Assembly: GCA_041650295.1 (NCBI GenBank)
Contig: JBAZLM010000001.1
Coordinates: 128,318-192,317, forward strand
Direction: 5' to 3'
From: Candidatus Omnitrophota bacterium
GTDB lineage: Bacteria; Omnitrophota; Gorgyraeia; Gygaellales; Profunditerraquicolaceae
Length of the DNA stretch: 64,000 nucleotides
Every line of letters starts with the position of its first letter. The stretch's first letter is position 1. The notes under the pieces were generated by a model. It ran no database searches. It was not told the origin of the DNA and saw nothing but the letters and a program-made list of their open reading frames with translations. Of the stretch, positions 41,856 to 51,095 are shown piece by piece. The position numbers and the translations under genes are program-made.

Positions 41856-43820
41856 ATGGGAGTAATTCATAAGCTCACACCTGAAGTTTTAAGCTTTATT
41901 ATCGAGAATAAACAAAAAAATCCTGCCTTAAGTTGTCGCCAATTAACTTTAACGGTTTTAGAGCAATTTCAAATTAAAGTCTCCAAGTCTAGTATCAATT
42001 CTATTTTTAAAGAAAATAATTTAAGTATGCCCATTGGAAGAAGGCGTAAACAAAAAAAACTTAAATTTAATATGCCTGATTTACCGGTTATTGAGGGGGT
42101 TAAATCTGTAGCTGTGATTACTCCCACAAAGGAAAGTAGACCTTCGGTAATTAATGTTGTAATTAAAGAGGAATCTGTTAAAGAGGAACCTGTGCAAGAG
42201 AAACCTAAGCTTCAAGAAGAACGAATTAATGAAGCGGAGGTCTGGGCCAAACAATTACAGGAAGAAGAGCGCATTAGAATTGAGAAAAAGCGAGTTTTAG
42301 ATGATGAAGCTAAAACAGCGACGAATAATCAACGTCTAATTGATGAAGAAAATAGACTTTTAAAAGAAAAAGTTGCGCAAGAACAAGCCTTAATTGCTGA
42401 AAAAGAGAAATGGGCTCGATTAGCTCAGGAAGAGCAGCAGGCTAAGCATCGAGAGCTACCTAAAGAAATAGAGCCAGTTAAGGTTCAAGAAACGGTATTT
42501 AAATCTCTTCCGCAAGAGAGAGCTTGCTCTGGAGCAGTTTTATTGCGGGGGCTAGATTATTTAGTAGGAGGTAGTAAAGAAATAAATGAATTAATTAGCA
42601 AGGGGATCGGCGGTAATCTAGCAGAAAATTTAAATCTTACACAAGCACTAATTTTTAGATCTTTATTTGATAAAGAAAATTTTTCCTCACTTGGAGATTT
42701 AATTGGCGTACAATATTCTTTAGAAAAAGTAGATAGCTATGCTGCTCAGGTTAATCAGCTCCCTGAAATTGGTTTAGAGCTTGCTAAAATAATTGCTCGT
42801 ATTTTTACGCAAGTTAAGGGGGTAAGAGTTAACTTTGCGGATGCCAGCGTAGCTAATCTAGATGCCCAACTACATTCTAGCTGGTCAACCTTTTGGTTTC
42901 CTTATAATTTTTCTAGCCCAATCAATGATTTAAAAAATAATTTAAATAAATATTTTTTTCAAGAGCAAAGATTGGTATTATTTTCTGCCCCCGGTTATGA
43001 TGTACTCTCTAAAGATTTTTTCAGTTTGATCTCTAATATGCTCAGCAATATTAAGCCGACCAGTTTAACTTTATTTGGTAGTGAATTAAATGAATTAGAG
43101 ACGTTAACTTTAAATAACGACGAGAAATACTCTTTAGCTTTTGGTCTTTGGCCTTGGCAGTTTACTAGTAATCGTAAGGTTAAACGCATCGGAGAGTTTT
43201 CTTTAAGAAAGGTTAAAGGTATCTCTCAAGATTTGTATTTAGGTGAAATTGAAATTGAGCTTTTACGTTTATCGGCTAATCAAAGTATAACCTTAAAAGG
43301 TTGTGCCATTAAAACTAATCCAATAGAAAAAATTCGTTTGGTAGTTTTAAGTACGGATGAGCAACCAGAAAGTTTAGAAGATTTGGCCGCCGCCTATTTA
43401 AGTCGTTGGCCAAATTTTGATGAGGCTTTTCAGGATTTTAGTCGTAAAATTGAACTTTTTACTTATGCCGGTAATGAAAAAAAGTTTTTAACTAAGGACA
43501 AGTTTGAACTTAATGCAGAGTTGCTAAAATCTAAAGCGCCAGAGATCTTTGCAAGCTATATACAGATGCTAGATCTTTACTTGCGTTGGCATTTCTTTCC
43601 TGCGGATTATATGGATAAAGATATTTCTTTTACTAGCAAGAATTTTTATAATCTTCCCGTAATGCTTGCAGCAGTTGAAGATAGGGTTATAGCTAGACTG
43701 CAAATTGGGCCAACTAATCCTCTGTTAAAGGATCTGGAATATTGTTTACGGCGGCTTAATGAGCGACAAATTGATTTAGTAGATGGAGCGCGGCTTTGCT
43801 TTGAAAGCGCTTCCAAATAG
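41856..43820 (+). CDS. hypothetical protein with N-terminal homeodomain-like HTH and long E/K/Q-rich coiled coil
   Basis: N-terminal LTPEVLSFIIENKQKNPALSCRQLTLTVLEQFQIKVSKSSINSIF is a transposase-type HTH; residues ~110-200 are highly charged coiled coil; the C-terminal ~400 aa have no known motif. RBS GGAGG. Confidence 0.35.
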   Translation: MGVIHKLTPEVLSFIIENKQKNPALSCRQLTLTVLEQFQIKVSKSSINSIFKENNLSMPIGRRRKQKKLKFNMPDLPVIEGVKSVAVITPTKESRPSVINVVIKEESVKEEPVQEKPKLQEERINEAEVWAKQLQEEERIRIEKKRVLDDEAKTATNNQRLIDEENRLLKEKVAQEQALIAEKEKWARLAQEEQQAKHRELPKEIEPVKVQETVFKSLPQERACSGAVLLRGLDYLVGGSKEINELISKGIGGNLAENLNLTQALIFRSLFDKENFSSLGDLIGVQYSLEKVDSYAAQVNQLPEIGLELAKIIARIFTQVKGVRVNFADASVANLDAQLHSSWSTFWFPYNFSSPINDLKNNLNKYFFQEQRLVLFSAPGYDVLSKDFFSLISNMLSNIKPTSLTLFGSELNELETLTLNNDEKYSLAFGLWPWQFTSNRKVKRIGEFSLRKVKGISQDLYLGEIEIELLRLSANQSITLKGCAIKTNPIEKIRLVVLSTDEQPESLEDLAAAYLSRWPNFDEAFQDFSRKIELFTYAGNEKKFLTKDKFELNAELLKSKAPEIFASYIQMLDLYLRWHFFPADYMDKDISFTSKNFYNLPVMLAAVEDRVIARLQIGPTNPLLKDLEYCLRRLNERQIDLVDGARLCFESASK

Positions 43821-43902
43821 AGCGTAAATGATATTGATTATTTGATTTTAAGGTGGTATATTTTAGATAGTTAAAGTTAGGTAATTATTCGGGAGCTGAT
43901 AG

Positions 43903-44049
43903 GTGAAAGATTCGCAATTAACTGGGCAAAGCATTTTAGAGTATGTCATTATTTTTGCAGTTGTTGCGCTTCTATCTGTTGCGTTATTACCAGAGATTAA
44001 AAATATATTTGATAGTTATGTCAATAGCGCCACCGGAGCAATGAAATGA
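43903..44049 (+). CDS. flp: Flp-family pilin (GTG start, 48 aa)
   Basis: VKDSQLTGQSILEYVIIFAVVALLSVALL carries the class-III prepilin motif G/QSILEY plus a hydrophobic helix; not in the track (<60 aa). Confidence 0.55.
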   Translation: MKDSQLTGQSILEYVIIFAVVALLSVALLPEIKNIFDSYVNSATGAMK

Positions 44050-44207
44050 TCTTGTGTAGACATAGAGGACAAAGCGTAGTTGAATACACCTTATTGATTA
44101 TTATTGTAGCGGCGGCTTTAGCGGCGATGTCTACTTATATTATGCGCTCAATGAATGCTCGTTTAAAGTCAGCGCAAGATGAGATGAATTATTATCGTCA
44201 AGATTAA
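44046..44207 (+). CDS. flp: Flp-family pilin (53 aa)
   Basis: MILCRHRGQSVVEYTLLIIIVAAALAAM carries the G/QSVVEY motif; overlaps the previous gene by 4 nt (ATGA), consistent with translational coupling. Confidence 0.55.
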   Translation: MILCRHRGQSVVEYTLLIIIVAAALAAMSTYIMRSMNARLKSAQDEMNYYRQD

Positions 44208-44231
44208 TGAAATTATTTTTGAAGGAGAGAG

Positions 44232-44396
44232 ATGAAAAGATTAGATAAAGCCCAAAGCACTTTAGAGTATGTAATTATTTTAGCTGCAGTAGTAGGAGCA
44301 ATCTTGGTTGTGGCTTCGGCTTTGAAGTCAAAGATGTCAACTGAGGTTTATCCGACGATGATGAATAAAATGTCGGATGCAGTGAAAAAAATTTAA
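44232..44396 (+). CDS. flp: Flp-family pilin (54 aa)
   Basis: MKRLDKAQSTLEYVIILAAVVGAILVVA; RBS GAAGGAGAGAG. Confidence 0.6.
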   Translation: MKRLDKAQSTLEYVIILAAVVGAILVVASALKSKMSTEVYPTMMNKMSDAVKKI

Positions 44397-44427
44397 TAGG
44401 AAGGTAAATATAATAAGGAGAAGAAAG

Positions 44428-44613
44428 ATGAAAATATCAAAAAAAGCACAAAGCACTTTAGAGTATGTAATTATTCTAGCAGCGATTGTAGGAGGAATTC
44501 TTCTGGCTGCGTCATTAATAAAAGGGAAGTTAGAGAATGAAACGACTGGTCCGGTGGGTAAAATAATGGGCAAGGCGGTAGAAAAAGTGGGAGAAGTAGA
44601 TTTTACTAAATAA
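44428..44613 (+). CDS. flp: Flp-family pilin (61 aa)
   Basis: MKISKKAQSTLEYVIILAAIVGGILLAA. Confidence 0.65.
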   Translation: MKISKKAQSTLEYVIILAAIVGGILLAASLIKGKLENETTGPVGKIMGKAVEKVGEVDFTK

Positions 44614-44627
44614 TGGAGAGGGTAAAG

Positions 44628-44807
44628 ATGAAAATAACTAGAAAAGCTCAAAGTACTTTAGAGTATGTAATTATTCTGGCAGCAGTGGTGGGAGCAATTA
44701 TAGTCATAGCAGTTTTTGTGAAAAAAAACATAGGCGATGACGCTGGAATGTATGGGACTTTAGGTGAAAGCATGGAAAAATCCGTCAAGGATGATTTTAA
44801 ATTTTAA
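44628..44807 (+). CDS. flp: Flp-family pilin (59 aa)
   Basis: MKITRKAQSTLEYVIILAAVVGAIIVIA; RBS GGAGAGGG (the track ORF begins 15 nt earlier). Confidence 0.65.
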   Translation: MKITRKAQSTLEYVIILAAVVGAIIVIAVFVKKNIGDDAGMYGTLGESMEKSVKDDFKF

Positions 44808-44820
44808 CAAAGGGGAGATT

Positions 44821-45171
44821 ATGTTAAAACGACTAATCAAGGGTCAAAGTACTGCAGAGTATGCAATTGTCATTGGGCTGGTGATTGCTGCAGCTGTAGC
44901 GATGCAAGTTTTTGTTAAGCGACAATTGCAAGGAAAGATGAAAAATGTTACTGATGCTGAAGTAGCAGCAAATAAAGATGGAGATACATTTGGAGTCAAT
45001 GAGTATCTGCAATATGAACCACAGGAAACTTATAGCCAAGGTGCTATGGTGTCGGAAAGTGAATCTGAGGTAAAAGTTACAACTACTAAGGGTGGAGCGG
45101 TGACTAGGAGTATGCTGAAGGATGAGGTTTCATCAAGAACAGGTACTCAAATAATAGAAGAAGTAAAATAA
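44821..45171 (+). CDS. flp: Flp-family pilin with extended C-terminus (116 aa)
   Basis: MLKRLIKGQSTAEYAIVIGLVIAAAVAM carries G/QSTAEY; RBS AAGGGGAG; the track ORF starts at 44764. Confidence 0.6.
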   Translation: MLKRLIKGQSTAEYAIVIGLVIAAAVAMQVFVKRQLQGKMKNVTDAEVAANKDGDTFGVNEYLQYEPQETYSQGAMVSESESEVKVTTTKGGAVTRSMLKDEVSSRTGTQIIEEVK

Positions 45172-45186
45172 GAATAGGAGGAAGAG

Positions 45187-45489
45187 ATGTTTTATAAAAG
45201 AATAAAAGCTCAAAGCACATTAGAATATGTAATTTTGATTGGTTTTGTAGTGGCTGCCCTGATTGCTATGGGTGTTTATATGAAAAGAGGCGTGCAGGGG
45301 AAGATTCGTGATTCTAGTGATCAGATTGGTGAACAATATGAAGCGGGTAAAACTACGAGTAAATATACGATCACAACTGATTTGGACCAAACGGAAACAG
45401 TGAGTGGTTCCGGAAAAACAACAACTAAAATTAATAAAAATACTCAAACTAAAAAACAAGATGCTGCGGAAGTGGTGCCGGATCTTTAA
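45187..45489 (+). CDS. flp: Flp-family pilin (100 aa)
   Basis: MFYKRIKAQSTLEYVILIGFVVAALIAM; the first ~150 nt are identical to the gene at 46284. Confidence 0.6.
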   Translation: MFYKRIKAQSTLEYVILIGFVVAALIAMGVYMKRGVQGKIRDSSDQIGEQYEAGKTTSKYTITTDLDQTETVSGSGKTTTKINKNTQTKKQDAAEVVPDL

Positions 45490-45519
45490 TTGGAAGTGTT
45501 TTTTGAGGAGGGATTAAAT

Positions 45520-45852
45520 ATGTTAAAGCAAAAAAATCTTGGCCAAAGTACCGCAGAGTATGCAATTGTAATTGGGTTGGTGATTGCGGCGGCTGTTGCA
45601 ATGCAGATTTATGTGAAGCGTGGATTACAGGGTAAGATGAAAGGCGCGGTAGATTATTCACCAGATACGAAAATATTTACAACTAAACAATTTGAACCTG
45701 CGTATAGCGATAGTGTTATGAATACTACGAAAACAGGTTCGACTACTGTTGAGACAAAAGAAGGTGGTGGCGTGGAAAGAAGGCTTACTGCAGCTGGTGA
45801 AGTGACCAAGTCTACTGGGACCCAAACTACTTTAGGGGTAGGAGAATATTAA
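45520..45852 (+). CDS. flp: Flp-family pilin (110 aa)
   Basis: MLKQKNLGQSTAEYAIVIGLVIAAAVAM; N-terminus near-identical to the gene at 45909; the track ORF starts at 45490. Confidence 0.6.
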   Translation: MLKQKNLGQSTAEYAIVIGLVIAAAVAMQIYVKRGLQGKMKGAVDYSPDTKIFTTKQFEPAYSDSVMNTTKTGSTTVETKEGGGVERRLTAAGEVTKSTGTQTTLGVGEY

Positions 45853-45908
45853 TAAAAGAAATGATACTATTGTGTAAATTTTAATACTTTGCGTAGGAGG
45901 CGATTAAT

Positions 45909-46271
45909 ATGTTAAAGCAAAAAAATCTTGGCCAAAGTACCGCAGAATACGCGATTGTCATTGGATTAGTAATTGCTGCGGTTGTGGCGATGCAGATTTA
46001 TGTTAAACGTGGTCTACAGGCTAAAATGAGGGATGCGGTAATGGTAAAAGGCGACGGTGCGGATACTTTAATGACGAATGAAGCATATGAGCCAGATTAT
46101 AGTAGCAGTAGTATGGATATTGTAAGAACTGCTGCAGAGTCAACGGAGATGGCAGATCAAGGGAAAGTAATAAGAACATTAGCTGGTAAGGGTGGCGCAG
46201 AATATGATGTAACTACTAGAAAGGGTGATCAGTCAACATCTACTTTAGCTAGTGACGGCGTGAAAAGATAA
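45909..46271 (+). CDS. flp: Flp-family pilin (120 aa)
   Basis: MLKQKNLGQSTAEYAIVIGLVIAAVVAM. Confidence 0.6.
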   Translation: MLKQKNLGQSTAEYAIVIGLVIAAVVAMQIYVKRGLQAKMRDAVMVKGDGADTLMTNEAYEPDYSSSSMDIVRTAAESTEMADQGKVIRTLAGKGGAEYDVTTRKGDQSTSTLASDGVKR

Positions 46272-46283
46272 TAGGAGGAAGAG

Positions 46284-46607
46284 ATGTTTTATAAAAGAAT
46301 AAAAGCTCAAAGCACATTAGAATATGTAATTTTGATTGGTTTTGTAGTGGCTGCCCTGATTGCTATGGGTGTTTATATGAAAAGAGGCGTGCAGGGGAAG
46401 ATTCGTGATTCTAGTGATCAGATTGGCGGACAATATGATGCCAAGGATACATCATCCGAGTATATTACAAAGACTTATATAAAACAGAATGAATATCAAT
46501 ATAAGGGCGGTGGAAGCAAGACTGAAATTGCTGATAACAACCCAGAGAATTATAAAATAGAGAAAAAGGGCAGTGAAACTGTGGAAAAAGATCTTTCGAT
46601 AAAGTAA
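46284..46607 (+). CDS. flp: Flp-family pilin (107 aa)
   Basis: MFYKRIKAQSTLEYVILIGFVVAALIAM; duplicate N-terminal cassette of the 45187 gene. Confidence 0.6.
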   Translation: MFYKRIKAQSTLEYVILIGFVVAALIAMGVYMKRGVQGKIRDSSDQIGGQYDAKDTSSEYITKTYIKQNEYQYKGGGSKTEIADNNPENYKIEKKGSETVEKDLSIK

Positions 46608-46630
46608 GTTAAATAAGAAAGGACGTTAAA

Positions 46631-47932
46631 ATGAAAAATCTGCGCGGACAAAATACCCTAGAGTATATTTTTATAATTGGGATTGTAGCTGCGGGATTAG
46701 CTGCGATGTTAGTTTATTTTGGTCGTGCATTTCAAGGAAATATTCGTGATAAGGCTGAGCAGTTAGGTGCGGGGCAATATGATCCGGGAAAGATGACGGT
46801 CGATAACAAAACAACAAAAACAGTAAGCTCTACTGTTATATCTAAGGATATCACTAAAATTCAATATGCAGATCTGAGTTTTGCAAAAACATTACAGGAT
46901 CAGATTACTGCACAGTTGGCACTTATGAAGTTGAATGAAATAGATTTGATGGCGCTACGTAATGATTATGAGAAAGCCATTCAAGCAGAAGCAGCGAAGC
47001 AAGCTAATTATGGAGTAATTGATAAAATTAAAGATAGGCTGGCACCAAGTTTTAGCGGGGAAGCAAATAAGGAAAAAATTGAGGGTCTTTTAGCCCAAGC
47101 ACAAAATTTGAAAGCGCAAATAGATAATGCGGCAGCTAATGAGAATAAGCTAACAGTGCAGCTAAATATTGCTAATGAAGATTTGGCTAAAGATCCAGAT
47201 AATGCGCAGCTTAAAGATTCAGTGGCATCAATCCAAAAACAAATCGATCAACTTAAAGAAAGTGGTCCTATGGTTCAGCTTGCGTATGATCGGGCAGTTT
47301 TAGAGTATATGGATAAGAAGTTGGCATCTAGTGCTACGGATGCAACCTGTCAGGCAAGATTTAATCAACTTGTTAAATCTTATACTGCGCCTCCATGTGA
47401 GTCAGTAGATCCATTAGAATGTTCAACCCCATATTATTCTGACCCTTATTATGGCAAAGAAACAAAAGCTTGTAGCCCTCCTGGATCATGTGGACCTCCA
47501 TACGAAAGTCCAGAGCAAGCTAAAAATGATATACAGGCGCAACTAGATGCTAAACTAGAGGAAGGAAAAAAAGAGGGTGAGGCTGAAGATAATCCTTTAA
47601 TTGCGATTGATTATACTGATGGACAAAAAGAAGCACTTCAAAATAAAACGGCTACCGTGTTTGATGCGATTGATGCGATTAGGCCGCCTTTTAGCGTTAA
47701 AAATATTGGGGATATGGAGCTCACTGCTATTGAATATCAAACTAAGCTTTTAAATAAGGAAACCGAATATTTTACAAATGTTACAAATTATTTAAGTTTA
47801 TCTCAACAGTTAAAACAATTATATGCAACCAATTTGAAGCCAAATGAAACTTTGTATGTAGGCCATGAAAACCAAGCGGACGTTCATACAAGCGTTATAA
47901 AAACAAAGAAAGAAAATTTGAATAAATTTTAA
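46631..47932 (+). CDS. Flp-like prepilin N-terminus fused to 400-aa coiled-coil/Cys-rich extension (possible tip adhesin/minor pilin)
   Basis: MKNLRGQNTLEYIFIIGIVAAGLAAM, then a long α-helical region (KLNEIDLMALRNDYEKAIQAEAAKQ...) and a Cys/Pro-rich segment (PPCESVDPLECSTPYYSDPYYGKETKACSPPGSCGPPYE). Confidence 0.5.
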   Translation: MKNLRGQNTLEYIFIIGIVAAGLAAMLVYFGRAFQGNIRDKAEQLGAGQYDPGKMTVDNKTTKTVSSTVISKDITKIQYADLSFAKTLQDQITAQLALMKLNEIDLMALRNDYEKAIQAEAAKQANYGVIDKIKDRLAPSFSGEANKEKIEGLLAQAQNLKAQIDNAAANENKLTVQLNIANEDLAKDPDNAQLKDSVASIQKQIDQLKESGPMVQLAYDRAVLEYMDKKLASSATDATCQARFNQLVKSYTAPPCESVDPLECSTPYYSDPYYGKETKACSPPGSCGPPYESPEQAKNDIQAQLDAKLEEGKKEGEAEDNPLIAIDYTDGQKEALQNKTATVFDAIDAIRPPFSVKNIGDMELTAIEYQTKLLNKETEYFTNVTNYLSLSQQLKQLYATNLKPNETLYVGHENQADVHTSVIKTKKENLNKF

Positions 47933-47942
47933 TGAAATATTA

Positions 47943-48284
47943 ATGATTAATTTAAGAAAAATAAAAGCTTTTAGTAAGGGTCAAAACTTAGCGGAGGTGG
48001 CTTTAGTTGTTGCTTTAGTAGGATTGGTTTTTGCGGGGATGCAAATTTATTTAAAACGTGGCGTACAGGGTAAGTTAAAAGATTTAACGGATACAATGGT
48101 TAGCAATGGTAGCCCGGCACAGGCGGCCAACCCCGATTCTACTAAGGCACACGAGAGCTCAAGGAACAACATTGTTTCTGTCTCTTCAACAACTTTTGAA
48201 GAGTCTAAGGATGGGGTGAGAAGTCTATCTGGTATAGAGGAAACAAAAACAGAAACAAGTTCATATTCTTTAACTGAAGAGTAA
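47943..48284 (+). CDS. Flp-like pilin (113 aa, G/QNLAEV variant)
   Basis: SKGQNLAEVALVVALVGLVFAGMQIY. Confidence 0.5.
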   Translation: MINLRKIKAFSKGQNLAEVALVVALVGLVFAGMQIYLKRGVQGKLKDLTDTMVSNGSPAQAANPDSTKAHESSRNNIVSVSSTTFEESKDGVRSLSGIEETKTETSSYSLTEE

Positions 48285-48305
48285 ATTTGGTCAAAGGAGT
48301 ATGTT

Positions 48306-48995
48306 GTGATGTTTAAAGAGAAAGCACAAGCAATTACAGAATTAGCAATCTTGGGGGTCTTGGTGATTGTAGCTTTTTCATTTTTAATTAGTTATAGTGA
48401 AAAGCTAAATCGCCAACAGGCAAATATGCAACAAACCTTTCGAGCGGCTCTTGATGAGGCAAAAAAAATTAATAATTCTATTAATTATACAAAAAAAGTT
48501 TTTTCGCGTATGCCTAGTATTGAAAATCCTAAAGAGTTAGGTCAATTGGAGACTTTTAATGACAATGCTACTCTTTTGTGGAGTGATGGTATGGATACTG
48601 AGAATGTTTATTATTTTGATCCTGTAAGTAAAGAATGGGTTTTATCAGGCAGGTATGTACTCCCTGGGACATCGAAGTATCAATTTAATGATGCTGTTAA
48701 AACAATACCTTCTACCCCTAATGAATATGATGAATATGGAAACTTGATCCCTCCTTCTATGGATAATAAAGGAGTAATTTCTACTACGGATAGCTCTGTT
48801 CATGATACTAAAGCCACTACTATTTTAAGTCAAAAAAGTGTTTTAGGGGATGCAAATATGACTACGGAAAAAAAGTTTGAGGCTACAGACACGGTGACTA
48901 CAACTGTAAATATTGACGGACAAACTTATACTTTTTCTCATTCTTTAGGAGAGCATGGTAAATATTCTTCTGTGGGAGCAGGGGTCAAGCGTTAA
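48306..48995 (+). CDS. TadE/TadF-like pseudopilin (229 aa)
   Basis: MMFKEKAQAITELAILGVLVIVAFSFLIS is a TadE-like N-terminus, followed by a large periplasmic domain. Confidence 0.45.
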   Translation: MMFKEKAQAITELAILGVLVIVAFSFLISYSEKLNRQQANMQQTFRAALDEAKKINNSINYTKKVFSRMPSIENPKELGQLETFNDNATLLWSDGMDTENVYYFDPVSKEWVLSGRYVLPGTSKYQFNDAVKTIPSTPNEYDEYGNLIPPSMDNKGVISTTDSSVHDTKATTILSQKSVLGDANMTTEKKFEATDTVTTTVNIDGQTYTFSHSLGEHGKYSSVGAGVKR

Positions 48996-49007
48996 GGAGG
49001 GTTAATT

Positions 49008-49310
49008 ATGAAAAATAAAGCTCAGGCCACCTTAGAATTTACGGTAGTTTTTATAATCATGGTTGCTTTACTTATAGGTATGGTTAAATTATGGAAAATG
49101 TCTAGTGATAGGATTATTAGTCGCCAGGTAGAATATAATGCTAGCCGCCTAAAAGCAGGGGAGAAAGACGCTACTTTAGTAGCGCCTCTGAAGGTAATAA
49201 AAAAAGGTAGTGGTAGTGGTAGTTATGCTGGTAAAGCTGGTGGCTATGGAGGTGGTAGTAGTGGTTATAGTGGTGGTGGTTATGGTCCAGTAGGTGGAGG
49301 TGGATGGTAA
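49008..49310 (+). CDS. TadE-like pseudopilin with Gly/Ser-rich tail (100 aa)
   Basis: MKNKAQATLEFTVVFIIMVALLIGM; C-terminal GSGSGSYAGKAGGYGGGSSGYSGGGYGPVGGGGW. Confidence 0.45.
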   Translation: MKNKAQATLEFTVVFIIMVALLIGMVKLWKMSSDRIISRQVEYNASRLKAGEKDATLVAPLKVIKKGSGSGSYAGKAGGYGGGSSGYSGGGYGPVGGGGW

Positions 49311-49320
49311 GTGTGGAGGA

Positions 49321-51081
49321 ATGATGTTTTTTTCTTGGTATATTAAAAATAGACATTTTAAGCAAGGGAACAGTTTTTCTGGTCAGATTGTTCCTTTTTT
49401 ATTGGTAATTATAGTTGTTTTGCTAATTGCTGCAGTATCTGTGATTCAAATAGGAAGAGTCTCTATTGATAAAACTGCTACCGCTAATGCCGCAGATGCG
49501 GGTTCTTTGGCTGCTGCTTCCAGTTGGGCTTCAGCACTTAATAGCTTAACTTTTGATAATGTTAATTTATTTTCTGGGTTTGATCTTAGGAAGTATTTAG
49601 TTAACGCTACTCTTATTCCCCAAGCAAATTATTATTTAGCCTTAACTGCACTTTATGTCAAAGCTTCAGAAAAAGAAGCGATGGTTGGTGCCGCTTTTAT
49701 GGCGGGCGGCATGCTACCGATTCCTTGTGTAGAATTAGCGGCAATTCTTGCTGCAGAATGGTATATGACTCAAGCGATGATGTATACAAATAAGGCATTG
49801 AGTAATTTACAATCTTATTTACAACTTTTATATTTTATAAAATTAGTGACAGAAGAATGTTATAATAACCAACAACAAGTGTATTTAGATATCAAAAATA
49901 GGATGGATGAAGCTTATCGTAATGCTAAAAAGGATGGGTTTCGTTTTGCTTTTATGAATAGCGGAGTAACTAGTAAACTTTCTAAAAAACAGGGAGATGA
50001 TTTCAATTTGTTTTTAGATAAAACAATTGCAGCAGGAGTTGATGCTGGTCAAGATACTATTCAGGTTGATTGGAAGGATAAAATGGGGAGAATTCATACT
50101 GTTTCAGCTACATTAGATTTACCAAATATAGAGTCTTATATGCTTTGGCGTTCCCAGCTTACTTATAATGAGATGCAATCATTATATGATGGAATTATAA
50201 ATAAAGTAAATAAATCGATATCAAAATTAAATAAAGCAATTTTAGAGTTAGGAATAACCGTTGTTGCATTGGGTGTGGCTGCTATAATTACTGCTGTGAT
50301 TTGTGTTTTGTTTTGCATTCCTCCATTTGGTACGATTGCAGCGGAAGTCATGAGCGCTGCTAATACGTGGACTAAAGTAGCTATTGCCCTAGGAATAACG
50401 GCATATATATCTACCGTGGTAGCAATGTTTAATACTTTTGAGGAGGATGAGGCTTCTTTGGAAAATATGGTAAATAATACTTTAATTGATCGGTCTTGGG
50501 ACAGTGGTCAATTAGTTGGCACTGCTTTTATCGATAAGTCTACATATTTGGATGTTCCTGCAACTTTAACTAAGGAGCAATTTTTAGCAGAAGTTTCCGG
50601 CGGACCTTGGAGTGGTTTATCTGAGTATCTAGCAATAACTTATCCTTATGGGGCAATGACATTGCAAGATGTAATGATTATTGCTATTGAAAGGGTTGAT
50701 TTAAAACCTGGTAAGCTATGGCAAGCAAAATTATGTACAACTCAGACTCATCCGGTGATAGATATTAGTTCTGGTGCGACGAAGAATGTTGTTACTACTA
50801 GCTGTTCTAGTTCTAAATTTGATGGTGGGAGTATGAAGATGAATTTTGCGATGTTTCCAGACCCTCCACATGCTTTGGACTGGCTAACTAATCTTGCCGG
50901 AAGCAGGACTACTTTAGAAAATGTTGCGGATGTTATAGAAGAGCGTAATCTTACATGGGAGTGGTATGCTGATACTGGCTGGGACCCTGTAGTTGTTCCA
51001 CCAACACCTGAAGATATTGAAAAAGCGTTAAGAGATTCTGTTGATGCCAATTATTCTCCACAGATTATTGCTACAGAGTAA
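49321..51081 (+). CDS. TadG-like pilus assembly protein (Tad_N domain)
   Basis: RBS GGAGG; FSGQIVPFLLVIIVVLLIAAVSVIQIGRVSIDKTATANAADAGSLAAASSWA matches the TadG N-terminal domain; large C-terminal domain; the track ORF begins at 49294. Confidence 0.55.
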   Translation: MMFFSWYIKNRHFKQGNSFSGQIVPFLLVIIVVLLIAAVSVIQIGRVSIDKTATANAADAGSLAAASSWASALNSLTFDNVNLFSGFDLRKYLVNATLIPQANYYLALTALYVKASEKEAMVGAAFMAGGMLPIPCVELAAILAAEWYMTQAMMYTNKALSNLQSYLQLLYFIKLVTEECYNNQQQVYLDIKNRMDEAYRNAKKDGFRFAFMNSGVTSKLSKKQGDDFNLFLDKTIAAGVDAGQDTIQVDWKDKMGRIHTVSATLDLPNIESYMLWRSQLTYNEMQSLYDGIINKVNKSISKLNKAILELGITVVALGVAAIITAVICVLFCIPPFGTIAAEVMSAANTWTKVAIALGITAYISTVVAMFNTFEEDEASLENMVNNTLIDRSWDSGQLVGTAFIDKSTYLDVPATLTKEQFLAEVSGGPWSGLSEYLAITYPYGAMTLQDVMIIAIERVDLKPGKLWQAKLCTTQTHPVIDISSGATKNVVTTSCSSSKFDGGSMKMNFAMFPDPPHALDWLTNLAGSRTTLENVADVIEERNLTWEWYADTGWDPVVVPPTPEDIEKALRDSVDANYSPQIIATE

Positions 51082-51095
51082 CTAAGGAGGGGGTA

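Noticed and set aside
49171-49365. His/Tyr-rich minus-strand ORF and apparent repeats under the Gly-rich tail of the TadE-like gene
   Set aside because: This is the reverse complement of the GGT/GGC-rich codons encoding the Gly/Ser tail, not an independent feature or CRISPR-like array.
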